NCBI GenBank assembly: GCA_013202295.1
Contig: JABMRT010000064.1
Location: 3,362-67,361, forward strand
Source: Candidatus Zhuqueibacterota bacterium
GTDB taxonomy: Bacteria; Zhuqueibacterota; QNDG01; JABMRT01
Length of the DNA stretch: 64,000 bases
Direction of reading: 5' to 3'
Shown: positions 47,760-56,307 of the stretch, one piece after another
How the letters are laid out: each line of letters opens with the position of its first letter
How positions within the stretch are numbered: the stretch's first letter is position 1
Translations under genes and position numbers: made by a program
Notes under the pieces: model-generated
What the model was told of the DNA's origin: nothing
What the model saw: only the letters and a program-made list of their open reading frames with translations
Database searches by the model: none

Positions 47760-49563
47760 TCCTTATATCGCATTGATTCTAATTCCGATTGTTGTCGGTC
47801 TGGTCAATCTAATCTTACCGAGATTGCTGCAAAAAATCCTGACATTAATCGGAATTGGTCTCACCGGATTTCTGACATTGAAGCTTGCCCTCGATCCCGA
47901 ATTTTTTGAGTGGATCTATGAGATCCAATATCTCGGATTAGACAAACTGGGAATTTTCGCACTGGTGGGTATGCAGGTCCTGGCCTTGATTATCCTACTT
48001 TTTGCGCTCAAAGGAGTCAACTCCGACATAGAAAGATCCTTCTTTATACTCTATCCCCTGACCGTGGGATTTTGCAATGGCGTGATTCTGTCTGACCACG
48101 CAATCGTATTCATGGTTTTCTGGGGTCTGTCCGGAGTGACACTGTATCTGTTCAACCTTCTTGGCCGGGGAAAAGAAGCCTCAGAATCCGCTCGAAAAAC
48201 CTTCATGCTCATCGGTGGAAGCGACGCGTGTCTCATCCTTGGATTCGTCATGCTGGGACTTGCCATGCCGCAGGCATCCTGGTCCATTACGGCCATGCAG
48301 ATGCCGCTCTCTGGAAGTATCGCAATCATCGCGTTTGTCTGCCTGCTGATCGCTGCGCTTGCCAAAGCTGGCGGATTTCCATTCCATACATGGGTGCCAT
48401 CCTATTCAAAAGAGGCTCCTGTTGAAAGCGTGGCATTTCTTCCTGCTTCTCTGGACAAGATTCTGGGTATCTATCTACTGGCCCGTATGGTGATGCAGAT
48501 TTTTCAATGTGCCATACTGGTTCACATGATTCTGATCAGCATCGGCGCGATCACGGTCATTGCCGCTGTGATGATGGCGCTCATTCAGCACAATGGGCGC
48601 AAATTGCTTGGATACCATGCCGTCAGTCAGGTGGGGTACATGATCATGGGCGTGGGCAGCGGTTCACCGATCGCTTTCGCTGGTGGACTTTTTCATATGC
48701 TCAACCATACCATTTACAAATCCAACCTGTTTCTGGCGTTGGGATCTGTAGAAAAGCAAACCGGAACGAATGAACTTGATGATCTTGGCGGGCTTGGCAA
48801 GAAGATGCCGATCACGCTGATCATGGCCATGGTTGGCGCATTCTCTATTTCGGGACTTCCACCGTTTAATGGATTCTTCTCTAAGTGGATGATCTATCAG
48901 GGGCTGCTGGATTTGGCCAAAGAGGTTTCGCCCGGATATGAAATATGGCTCCTGGTCTGTTTCGTCCTGGCCATTTTCGGAAGCGCGCTGACATTGGCCA
49001 GTTTCCTGAAATATCTGCATGCCATTTTCCTGGGCAAACTTCCGAAAAAGTATGACAAGATCAAGGAAGCGCCGATCAACCAATGGCTGTCCACCGGACT
49101 GTTGTCAGCTCTTTGCGTTGTACTCGGATTATTTGCTATGGAGCTTCCGTTAAAAATGCTCATCCTTCCTATTCTTGAAGAGAACGGCATGGCCGGATTT
49201 GAGTATGCGGGCCTCTATAAATCCAAATTTACTTTGGTCATGATGGGGCTGGTTTTCCTCATCGGGCTAATTACTTACATTCTGACACGAAAAGTCCGGT
49301 TCGATGCGATATATCTTGGCGGCATGGATGCACTTGAAAAGTTCCGTGTCACAGGCACCGAGTTCTATCAAGAAATTCGCCGGATGAAACCGCTCTGTAC
49401 GATTTATGACTGGGCCGAGAAAAAGTGGCTGGATCTGTACGCGCTGTTGGGCGGCTGTTCCAATTCCCTCGGTGGATTGTTCCAGAAGGCACATCCGGGA
49501 TTGTTATCCCTGTACCTGCTTTATATAGTGTTGGGGATGTTGGTATTTATGCTATTAAAATAG
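47750..49563 (+). CDS. NuoL/MrpA-N-terminal-like antiporter subunit (MbhH-like family)
   Basis: Start reassigned to MATNPYIALILIP, overlapping the large-subunit stop. Conserved ...GYHAVSQVGYM...FHMLNHTIYKSNLFL... Confidence 0.7.
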
Positions 49564-49569
49564 CACACG

Positions 49570-49589
49570 GTATACGCTACAACGTATAC
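49570..49589. promoter_or_regulatory. GTATAC-N8-GTATAC palindromic site in the only sizeable intergenic gap of the hydrogenase operon
   Basis: GTATACGCTACAACGTATAC. The arms GTATACG/CGTATAC form a 7-bp inverted repeat. The same architecture occurs at 62152-62171. Confidence 0.4.
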
Positions 49590-49661
49590 GGATGATCCGA
49601 TTCTGTTTGCTGTGTACTGAGAGCTGAATACTCGATCTAGCTGATCGATGAGGAGGAATAT

Positions 49662-50210
49662 ATGCCGGTTGAAACATGGTTGTACTTTACACTGGGATTC
49701 ATGATACTCGGCTCCATTATCGCACTGGAGATCAAAGACATTCTCTCTTCCATTGTCGCGATCGGGGTTGTGGGGCTGGGTGTTTCTGTGGCGTTCCTAT
49801 TTTTGCAGGCACCGGATCTGGCAATTGTTCAGTTCCTTTTTGAAATTTTCGCAATGATCATTCTCGTCCGGGCTTTTGTGAAGAAGGACTATCATGCCGA
49901 GACACCAGCGCGAGTCAACGGATTTCTTGTGGCGATCTCGATGCTTGTCATTATCGCGATATTCGTTTCTAGTATCTCCGTTTTCAAATTACTGCCTCCT
50001 TTTGGTCAGCCTCTCTTTGAAACGGCTCAGCATTATGTGGATCATGGTGTGCGGGAGACCGGTGCTGTGAATCTAGTGACTGCAATCATTCTTGACTACA
50101 GGGCCTATGATACGTTGGGTGAAGTCACCGTTCTATTTACAGCCATTCTCGGTACAATTACAATTTTACGCATACGAAACGGGAAAAATGCGGGGAGGAA
50201 GGGCGCATGA
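49662..50210 (+). CDS. MrpA-C-terminal-domain-like (DUF4040 + MnhB-like) antiporter subunit
   Basis: GAGGAGG RBS. C-terminal ...GAVNLVTAIILDYRAYDTLGEVTVLFTAILG, typical of the MnhB-like region. Confidence 0.6.
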   Translation: MPVETWLYFTLGFMILGSIIALEIKDILSSIVAIGVVGLGVSVAFLFLQAPDLAIVQFLFEIFAMIILVRAFVKKDYHAETPARVNGFLVAISMLVIIAIFVSSISVFKLLPPFGQPLFETAQHYVDHGVRETGAVNLVTAIILDYRAYDTLGEVTVLFTAILGTITILRIRNGKNAGRKGA

Positions 50211-50659
50211 ATGATCCGAAAAATGGTATGACCCTGATTGTAAAAACCGTAACCCGGGTGACGGTCTGGCTCATTGTGCTGTACGGGATTTATCTGATCC
50301 TGCACGGCCATCTCACACCCGGTGGTGGATTTGGGGGCGGAGTGATCCTTGCGCTGGCGTTTCTAAATATTATGCTGGCCTACGGGCGAGATGCCACACA
50401 GAAATGGCTCAATATTAAATTCCTTGAAGACATAGAAGCCGTGAGTGCGACACTCTTTCTGTTTATGGGTATACTCGGTATCGCTCTGGGCGGACGTTTT
50501 CTGATGAATTTCCTACCTAAAGGAACCCCGCACGCTTTGTTTAGTGCCGGAACCATTCCCATATTAAATATTCTGATCGGCATCAAAGTGGCGATGTCCC
50601 TTTTCCTTGTGGTCTGGGTACTTGCCGGTTTGCATGAAGAGGAAGGAGGCAAAAAATGA
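50207..50659 (+). CDS. MrpB/MnhB-like antiporter subunit
   Basis: HGHLTPGGGFGGG signature. Confidence 0.65.
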   Translation: MNDPKNGMTLIVKTVTRVTVWLIVLYGIYLILHGHLTPGGGFGGGVILALAFLNIMLAYGRDATQKWLNIKFLEDIEAVSATLFLFMGILGIALGGRFLMNFLPKGTPHALFSAGTIPILNILIGIKVAMSLFLVVWVLAGLHEEEGGKK

Positions 50660-50994
50660 TCCTCTATCTGATGTGTTTTGCGCTTTTCCTCGTCGGCGTT
50701 TATGGATTGCTCACCAAGCGGGATCTGATCAAACTGATCCTTTCCATTGCGGTTATGGGTTACGCGGTGAATCTGTTTCTTATCCTCTTTGCTTATAAGA
50801 AGGATGCAGGGATTCCGATTCTTCTTGAGGGGGTAGTGCAGGGTTCCATGGTGGATCCATTGCCACAAGCACTCGTTCTCACCTCTATCGTTATTGAACT
50901 GGGAACAACGGCATTGCTCGTGGCGCTGGCCATCCGGCTGGTTCAGAAATATAAAACCTTTGATATTACCAAAATCAGGAGGCTTTTCGGATGA
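50656..50994 (+). CDS. MrpC/NuoK-like antiporter subunit
   Basis: ~110-aa 3-TM protein, MILYLMCFALFLVGVYGLLTKRDLIKLILSIAV. Confidence 0.65.
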   Translation: MILYLMCFALFLVGVYGLLTKRDLIKLILSIAVMGYAVNLFLILFAYKKDAGIPILLEGVVQGSMVDPLPQALVLTSIVIELGTTALLVALAIRLVQKYKTFDITKIRRLFG

Positions 50995-52466
50995 TCCTCC
51001 CGTACTTTATTGCCATCCCGCTGCTGTCGGCTTTTCTGATTTCACTGATCGCCGGGAAAAAAGATTACTGGGCCATTTTGCTTTCCACAGTTGCCGGAGC
51101 CTCATTGCTGATCCTGTCCATCTACAGTATGATTGTGCAGAATGGTGAGACCCTGGTTTATGAGATGGGATTCTGGAAAGTGCCCATCGGTATTGTGCTT
51201 GTGCAGGACGCACTTACCTGTCTGATGCTGGTCCTCGTGAGTTTAATCTCCTTTACTTCCCTTCTCTATTCAGTGCAATATATCCAGCACATGGATCGGA
51301 ATTGGAAATACTACGCCCTGTTTATGCTGCTCGTCACTGGGATGAACGGCGTCATCATTACGGGCGATCTGTTCAATCTGTTCGTGTTTATGGAAATCGC
51401 ACTGCTGTCTGCTTTCGCACTTGTCGCGTATGGCGGCAAGGCAGAAGAGTATGAGGCAGCCTTTAAATATGCGGTTATGGGTGCATTGTCCTCAATCCTC
51501 GTACTTGTGGGTATAGCAATCCTGTACAGCGCCACGTCCACATTGACCATGGCGAAAATCGCTGAGAAGGTGCCTTCGCTTGATCCCAAACTGCTTTTTT
51601 GGGTCGGCGGGATATTCCTCGCTGGTCTGGGACTGAAAGCGGCCATTATGCCGTTCCACGCCTGGCTGCCTGATGCTCACTCCTCAGCACCTGCACCGAT
51701 TTCAGCCATGCTTTCTGGAGTATTAATCAAAGTGCTCGGCATTTATGCCATGATTCGTCTTTACTTCAATGTGTTTGGCGCACCGGAACTTTACATGAAT
51801 ATCTTTCTCGTACTCGGCGCGATTTCCATCATTCTTGGCGGACTGCTCTCCGTCGTGCAATGGGATATGAAGCGATTACTGGCCTATTCCAGTGTCAGCC
51901 AGATCGGGTATATCCTCGTCGGTTTGGGCATTGGGACAGAGCTTGGAATACTGGGTGCGATTTTCCATCTGTTTAGCCATGCCATTTTCAAATCACTTCT
52001 CTTTTATAATGCCGGTGCGGTCGAGATGGCGCTTGGTACACGCGACCTGCGCAAGATGGGATTTCTCGGCAAGGTGATGCCGGTTACATCAGCGACCTCT
52101 CTTGTGGGCGGCTTGGCGATTTCTGGGATCCCGCCGTTTAATGGATTTATCAGCAAGCTGATCATTATCATTGCACTCATCAAAGCGGATGCTCCGGTTT
52201 ACGCGATCCTTGCTATCATTGGCAGCATTTTGACTCTCGGCGCGATCATGAAGATGCAGCGATATGGATTCCGCGGTGAAACAGAGATCACAAAAATCAC
52301 AGAGAAAATCGGATGGCGCATGCAATCCGCTATGATCCTTTTGGCGGTGTTGTGTTTGTTGTCCGGCTTGTTGCTGCTGCCGGGGATTCGTGAAGCCGCA
52401 CTTGATCCGGTCGTGGCCGTACTCGCTGATCCAGGTCAATACATGCAGCTGGTTCTTGGGAGATAA
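50991..52466 (+). CDS. MrpD/NuoM/NuoN-like antiporter subunit
   Basis: 14-TM protein with ...FHAWLPDAHS... and ...YSSVSQIGYIL... motifs. Confidence 0.7.
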   Translation: MILPYFIAIPLLSAFLISLIAGKKDYWAILLSTVAGASLLILSIYSMIVQNGETLVYEMGFWKVPIGIVLVQDALTCLMLVLVSLISFTSLLYSVQYIQHMDRNWKYYALFMLLVTGMNGVIITGDLFNLFVFMEIALLSAFALVAYGGKAEEYEAAFKYAVMGALSSILVLVGIAILYSATSTLTMAKIAEKVPSLDPKLLFWVGGIFLAGLGLKAAIMPFHAWLPDAHSSAPAPISAMLSGVLIKVLGIYAMIRLYFNVFGAPELYMNIFLVLGAISIILGGLLSVVQWDMKRLLAYSSVSQIGYILVGLGIGTELGILGAIFHLFSHAIFKSLLFYNAGAVEMALGTRDLRKMGFLGKVMPVTSATSLVGGLAISGIPPFNGFISKLIIIIALIKADAPVYAILAIIGSILTLGAIMKMQRYGFRGETEITKITEKIGWRMQSAMILLAVLCLLSGLLLLPGIREAALDPVVAVLADPGQYMQLVLGR

Positions 52467-52468
52467 TC

Positions 52469-52974
52469 ATGCAAATTAAAACGCGAAGTCGAATTACTGT
52501 GTTTGTTTTATCCCTTCTGGTCTGGATTGCCTTGACCAGTATTCGGGACCCACAGGAATTGATCGCCGGACTCATTGTATCCGCTCTTGTGGCTATGATT
52601 GCCGGTCAATTTTTGATTACGACTGAAAAGCAGAAGCATCCTGTGCACCGGATTCTGGCAGCAATTCTGTATTTCTTTAATTTCCTTTGGGAAATGATCA
52701 AAGCAAACATTCAGGTCGCTTATCTGGTACTTCATCCAATCTGCCAATCAAACCCGGAATTGTAAAAATCAAAACCAATTTAACCAAAGATGCGGCAATT
52801 ACGGTATTGACCAATTCCATTACCCTGACACCGGGCACATTGACTGTAGATGTCAATCCCAAGAGCAAAGAGATCTATGTGCACTGGATCAATGTGAAAT
52901 CTCAGGACGTGAAGGAGGCCACTGAAATGATCGGCGGTAAATTTGAGAGCAGACTCATGGAGGTGTTCGAATGA
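52469..52974 (+). pseudogene. mrpE-like gene interrupted by an apparent -1 frameshift (1-bp deletion) near 52750
   Basis: Two overlapping ORFs: 52469..52765 ends ...AYLVLHPICQSNPEL*. The conserved MrpE continuation ...NLPIKPGIVKIKTNL...ITLTPGTLTVDV... is in the +2 frame (52687..52974). An extra A in CCAA|TCTG would give HPNLPIKPGIV. Confidence 0.5.
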
Positions 52975-53309
52975 AGATTCTGCGATGGCTGATCGGACTG
53001 ATCCTGATAGGTCTGTTCGCTTATTATAATTTTATCGTGTATCAGGGACCCATCCTGTTCAAGCTCATTCAGGTGAGTTTGTTCTGCTCGGTCTTTGTGC
53101 TTTTCCGTGTGCTTTTCGGTCCTTCACCTGCTGATCGGATCGTGGCCGTGGATATCCTTGGCATTCTGATTATCGGACTGCTCGCCCTTTTGGGGCTTCA
53201 TTACCAAGCTGATTTCTACATGGATATCGCTCTGATCTGGGCGCTGCTGAGTTTTATCGCCTCTCTGGCGTTTGCCAAAATTCTTGAAGGGAGGTCTCTC
53301 GATGATTAG
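52971..53309 (+). CDS. MrpF-like antiporter subunit
   Basis: ~110-aa 3-TM protein in the conserved position after mrpE. Confidence 0.55.
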   Translation: MKILRWLIGLILIGLFAYYNFIVYQGPILFKLIQVSLFCSVFVLFRVLFGPSPADRIVAVDILGILIIGLLALLGLHYQADFYMDIALIWALLSFIASLAFAKILEGRSLDD

Positions 53310-53640
53310 AGAAATTGCAGGGATGACATTTATCATAGTCGGAATCGCGTTCGATTTTTTTGGCGTGCTCGGACTGGTCCGCCTGCCTGATGTGTATAAC
53401 CGGCTACAGGCAGCAACCAAATGTGTGACCTTTGGTACAGCCGGATTGCTCTTTGGTGTATTCATCCTTCAGGGATTTAATGCATTTGGATTCAAGGCGC
53501 TGATCGGGATTGTTTTCATCTTTCTCGCGGCCCCGGTTGCAGCCCATGCCATTGCCCGATCGGCCCATCGAAGCGGAATTCCACTTACATCAGAAACTGT
53601 CGTGGATGCCTATGAAGAAGACCATGAGATGAAGGAGTAA
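53302..53640 (+). CDS. MrpG/MnhG-like antiporter subunit
   Basis: GGAGGT RBS. MIREIAGMTFIIVGIAFDFFGVLGLVRLPDVYNRLQAATKCVTFG, an MnhG signature. Confidence 0.65.
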   Translation: MIREIAGMTFIIVGIAFDFFGVLGLVRLPDVYNRLQAATKCVTFGTAGLLFGVFILQGFNAFGFKALIGIVFIFLAAPVAAHAIARSAHRSGIPLTSETVVDAYEEDHEMKE

Positions 53641-53645
53641 GTGTT

Positions 53646-54254
53646 ATGTGGCTCCCAAAAATACGTGAATTGAAAGAGGCAATCGGTTCTCTTTTTTCAG
53701 CGCCTTATACCACAAAATTCCCTGCGGATATGAGCGCGGTTGACCTGCCTGATGGATTTCGCGGCAAACCCAAATATGATACGGATGCCTGCATCGGATG
53801 TGGTACATGCGCACAAGTCTGCCCGCCCGGTGCCATAGATATCATTGATGATAAAAATAAGATGACGCGCACGCTTCGCGTGGATTATAACCGGTGCATG
53901 AATTGTGGACAGTGCGAAGAAAAATGCATCACAGAAACCGGAATCACCATGACCAAAGATTTCGTCCTGGTGTTGACCGACAGATCCGATCCATCGGCAT
54001 TTGAATCGGTCGAAAAAGAATTGGTTGTTTGCGAAAGCTGTGGCGCGATTATCGGGTGTAAAGACCATCTTGCATGGATTAAAGACCGCTTGGGCGCCAA
54101 GGCGTATGCGCATCCCAATTTGCTCTTATGGACTCAAGAACAATTTGCCGAGCCAGGCCCCGCTGAAGTCAAGAGTCGCATCCGGCGCGAGGATCAGATG
54201 AAGCAGGTCTGCGCGAAATGTCGGTACCAGATTGTCACAGCTGATGAATTCTAA
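53646..54254 (+). CDS. NuoI/HycF/MbhN-like 2x[4Fe-4S] subunit with extra C-terminal Cys pairs
   Basis: CIGCGTCAQVCPPGAI, CMNCGQCEEKC, plus CESCGAI and CAKCRYQ. Confidence 0.7.
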   Translation: MWLPKIRELKEAIGSLFSAPYTTKFPADMSAVDLPDGFRGKPKYDTDACIGCGTCAQVCPPGAIDIIDDKNKMTRTLRVDYNRCMNCGQCEEKCITETGITMTKDFVLVLTDRSDPSAFESVEKELVVCESCGAIIGCKDHLAWIKDRLGAKAYAHPNLLLWTQEQFAEPGPAEVKSRIRREDQMKQVCAKCRYQIVTADEF

Positions 54255-54729
54255 TTCATTTCAAGATGTGCTTTCTGCCTATCCCATAGAATCCATAGTG
54301 TTTATCGGATTGGGAAATCCGATGCGATCTGATGACGGTGCAGGACTCATCTTGCTGCAACATTTAAAACAATCCAAATCTTTTCAAAACGCCCGATTCA
54401 TTGAAGCGGGCACCAATCCCGAAAATTATCTTCAAGCCATTCTTGATCTAAATCCGCAAGCCGTGGTTTTTATTGATGCGGCTCGGTTCGGTCAGCCTTC
54501 CGGCACAATTCAGTGGCTAACCCAACAGGATCTGGATCAGATTCAAATTAGCACACATGCCTTTTCTATGACATTGGTTGAAGATTATATTCGGGCCCAT
54601 CAGAAAGTGGATTTTCATTATCTGGGGATACAGCCTGAAACGACAGCACTGGGAACAGGACTCACAACCCATGTACAAGAGAATCTGGATGGATTCCTGG
54701 TGCAACCTGAGATGAATACGGCATCCTGA
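54232..54729 (+). CDS. Hydrogenase maturation endopeptidase (HycI/HyaD family)
   Basis: FIGLGNPMRSDDGAG motif. Consistent with the large-subunit C-terminal extension after DPCxxCxxR. Confidence 0.7.
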   Translation: MSQLMNSNSFQDVLSAYPIESIVFIGLGNPMRSDDGAGLILLQHLKQSKSFQNARFIEAGTNPENYLQAILDLNPQAVVFIDAARFGQPSGTIQWLTQQDLDQIQISTHAFSMTLVEDYIRAHQKVDFHYLGIQPETTALGTGLTTHVQENLDGFLVQPEMNTAS

Positions 54730-54750
54730 AGAGCTGCAACGAGACCGACC

Positions 54751-56106
54751 ATGCGCATTCGCCCGGCCACATTACATCTGCCTTTTTATACAATACAAAC
54801 GTTAAAGAACCGTCTTGAGTGGGTGATTAACCTTCGCTGGCTGGCTGTATTTGGCATCCTCATTTCTGTGCCGATCGGGCAGCAGATGCTGGGTTTTTCT
54901 CTGGCCTATCCTCAAATCGTAATCACTGCTTCTATCCTCTTGTTGGTCAATATTCTCTACTTCTTTCTGCTTCATTTCACAATCTTTCGATCAGAATTTC
55001 AGGAACTTATTTTCGCAGAAATCCAGGTGCTGACGGATTTGATTTTGATTTCCTGCCTGGTTCATTTCGCGGGAGGTGTTGAAAATCCATTTTATTTCTT
55101 TTACATGATTGTCGTCATCCTGGCCGGATTTCTCTTTCCCGGCGTACTGATTTCGATGCTCAATGCTCTGTTTGCCGCAATCCTTCTTACTGGATGGACG
55201 CTTCTTGAATATCACGGATCTGTTCCCAGCTATCAGTTGGGGCAGGATATATTTTCTTCGGCGCACATCGTGACTGCGCTTCTTGCGTTTTATGTAACGA
55301 CTTTTGCCGGAATTTATATAATCAGTAATTTAGTGCAGAGTTATCGTGGTCTCAAAGATATCATTGACGAAAAAAACGTTCAGCTTGAGAAATCGATGCA
55401 GGCGCGGCGTGAAATATTCAGGTATGCCGCGCATGAACTTAAGTCGCCAATCACAACCATTCAGAGTACGCTTGCCGTGGTCGATCATACTTACGCCAAG
55501 GATCTCACACCCGAAGTAAAGGACATGGTTGAACGGGCCGAGCGCCGATCATCACAATTGCTGGATATGATCAATGAGATGATTGAGATCACGAAATATA
55601 AAGAGGGAATCATTGTTTCCGATTATCAATGCGTGATGTTCTGTGCCTGGCTGAAACAGATCACTGAATCGCAACGGTCGTATGCCATGCAGAAAAAAAT
55701 TCAATTAGATGTAGGCACACTCGCTGAAGAAGTTACAATTTGTTTTGATCGATCCGAGATGGATAAAGTGGTTGTGAATCTGCTAAGCAATGCGCTTCGT
55801 TATACACCGCAAGGAGGTCGGGTTTCGATTGAACCCTTCCAGGATCGCAAACATTATGGATTTTGTATCGCAGATACCGGGATTGGGATTTCCAAGAAGG
55901 ATCAGGATAAAGTTTTTGATGAATTCTACCGGACTCCCGACGCGAAAACAATGGAACGCACGGGTACTGGATTGGGACTCAATCTGGTACGCGAAATCAT
56001 AAAGAAACACGAGGGCAGTATCCAACTGAAGAGTGAGGTGGGGAAGGGGAGTCAGTTTACGGTGCGGTTGCCGAGAACGGATAAGTCAACATTAAAATCT
56101 TCCTAA
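54751..56106 (+). CDS. Sensor histidine kinase with polytopic N-terminal membrane domain; no cognate response regulator adjacent
   Basis: ~6 TM helices, H-box HELKSPITTIQS, and G-boxes DTGIGI / GTGLGLNLV. Confidence 0.65.
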   Translation: MRIRPATLHLPFYTIQTLKNRLEWVINLRWLAVFGILISVPIGQQMLGFSLAYPQIVITASILLLVNILYFFLLHFTIFRSEFQELIFAEIQVLTDLILISCLVHFAGGVENPFYFFYMIVVILAGFLFPGVLISMLNALFAAILLTGWTLLEYHGSVPSYQLGQDIFSSAHIVTALLAFYVTTFAGIYIISNLVQSYRGLKDIIDEKNVQLEKSMQARREIFRYAAHELKSPITTIQSTLAVVDHTYAKDLTPEVKDMVERAERRSSQLLDMINEMIEITKYKEGIIVSDYQCVMFCAWLKQITESQRSYAMQKKIQLDVGTLAEEVTICFDRSEMDKVVVNLLSNALRYTPQGGRVSIEPFQDRKHYGFCIADTGIGISKKDQDKVFDEFYRTPDAKTMERTGTGLGLNLVREIIKKHEGSIQLKSEVGKGSQFTVRLPRTDKSTLKSS

Positions 56107-56237
56107 TATTATTAATATTCAATTTGTATTTACATAATCAATAGACATAGGAGCATTGATTATTTGTTTCGTGCTCTTCAGATCAGTGATCTTCTATTAA
56201 AGAAATCTCCCAATTTATCAGTTTTATAAATTAATTC

Positions 56238-56266
56238 TTGACAATCCGGAAAAATTTAATTATTGT
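56238..56266 (+). promoter_or_regulatory. Sigma-70-type promoter of the ABC/GntR islet operon (TTGACA-17-TATTGT)
   Basis: TTGACA 56238-56243, a 17-nt spacer, TATTGT 56261-56266. Confidence 0.45.
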
Positions 56267-56297
56267 TTTAGTGTATTAGTAAGATAGAACACTAAAA
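56266..56297 (+). promoter_or_regulatory. 9-bp inverted repeat (TTTTAGTGT-N14-ACACTAAAA) overlapping the transcription start region; candidate operator of the downstream YtrA-like GntR
   Basis: Seen directly between the -10 element and the GGAGG RBS of 56308. Confidence 0.4.
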
Positions 56298-56307
56298 CGG
56301 AGGAAAT

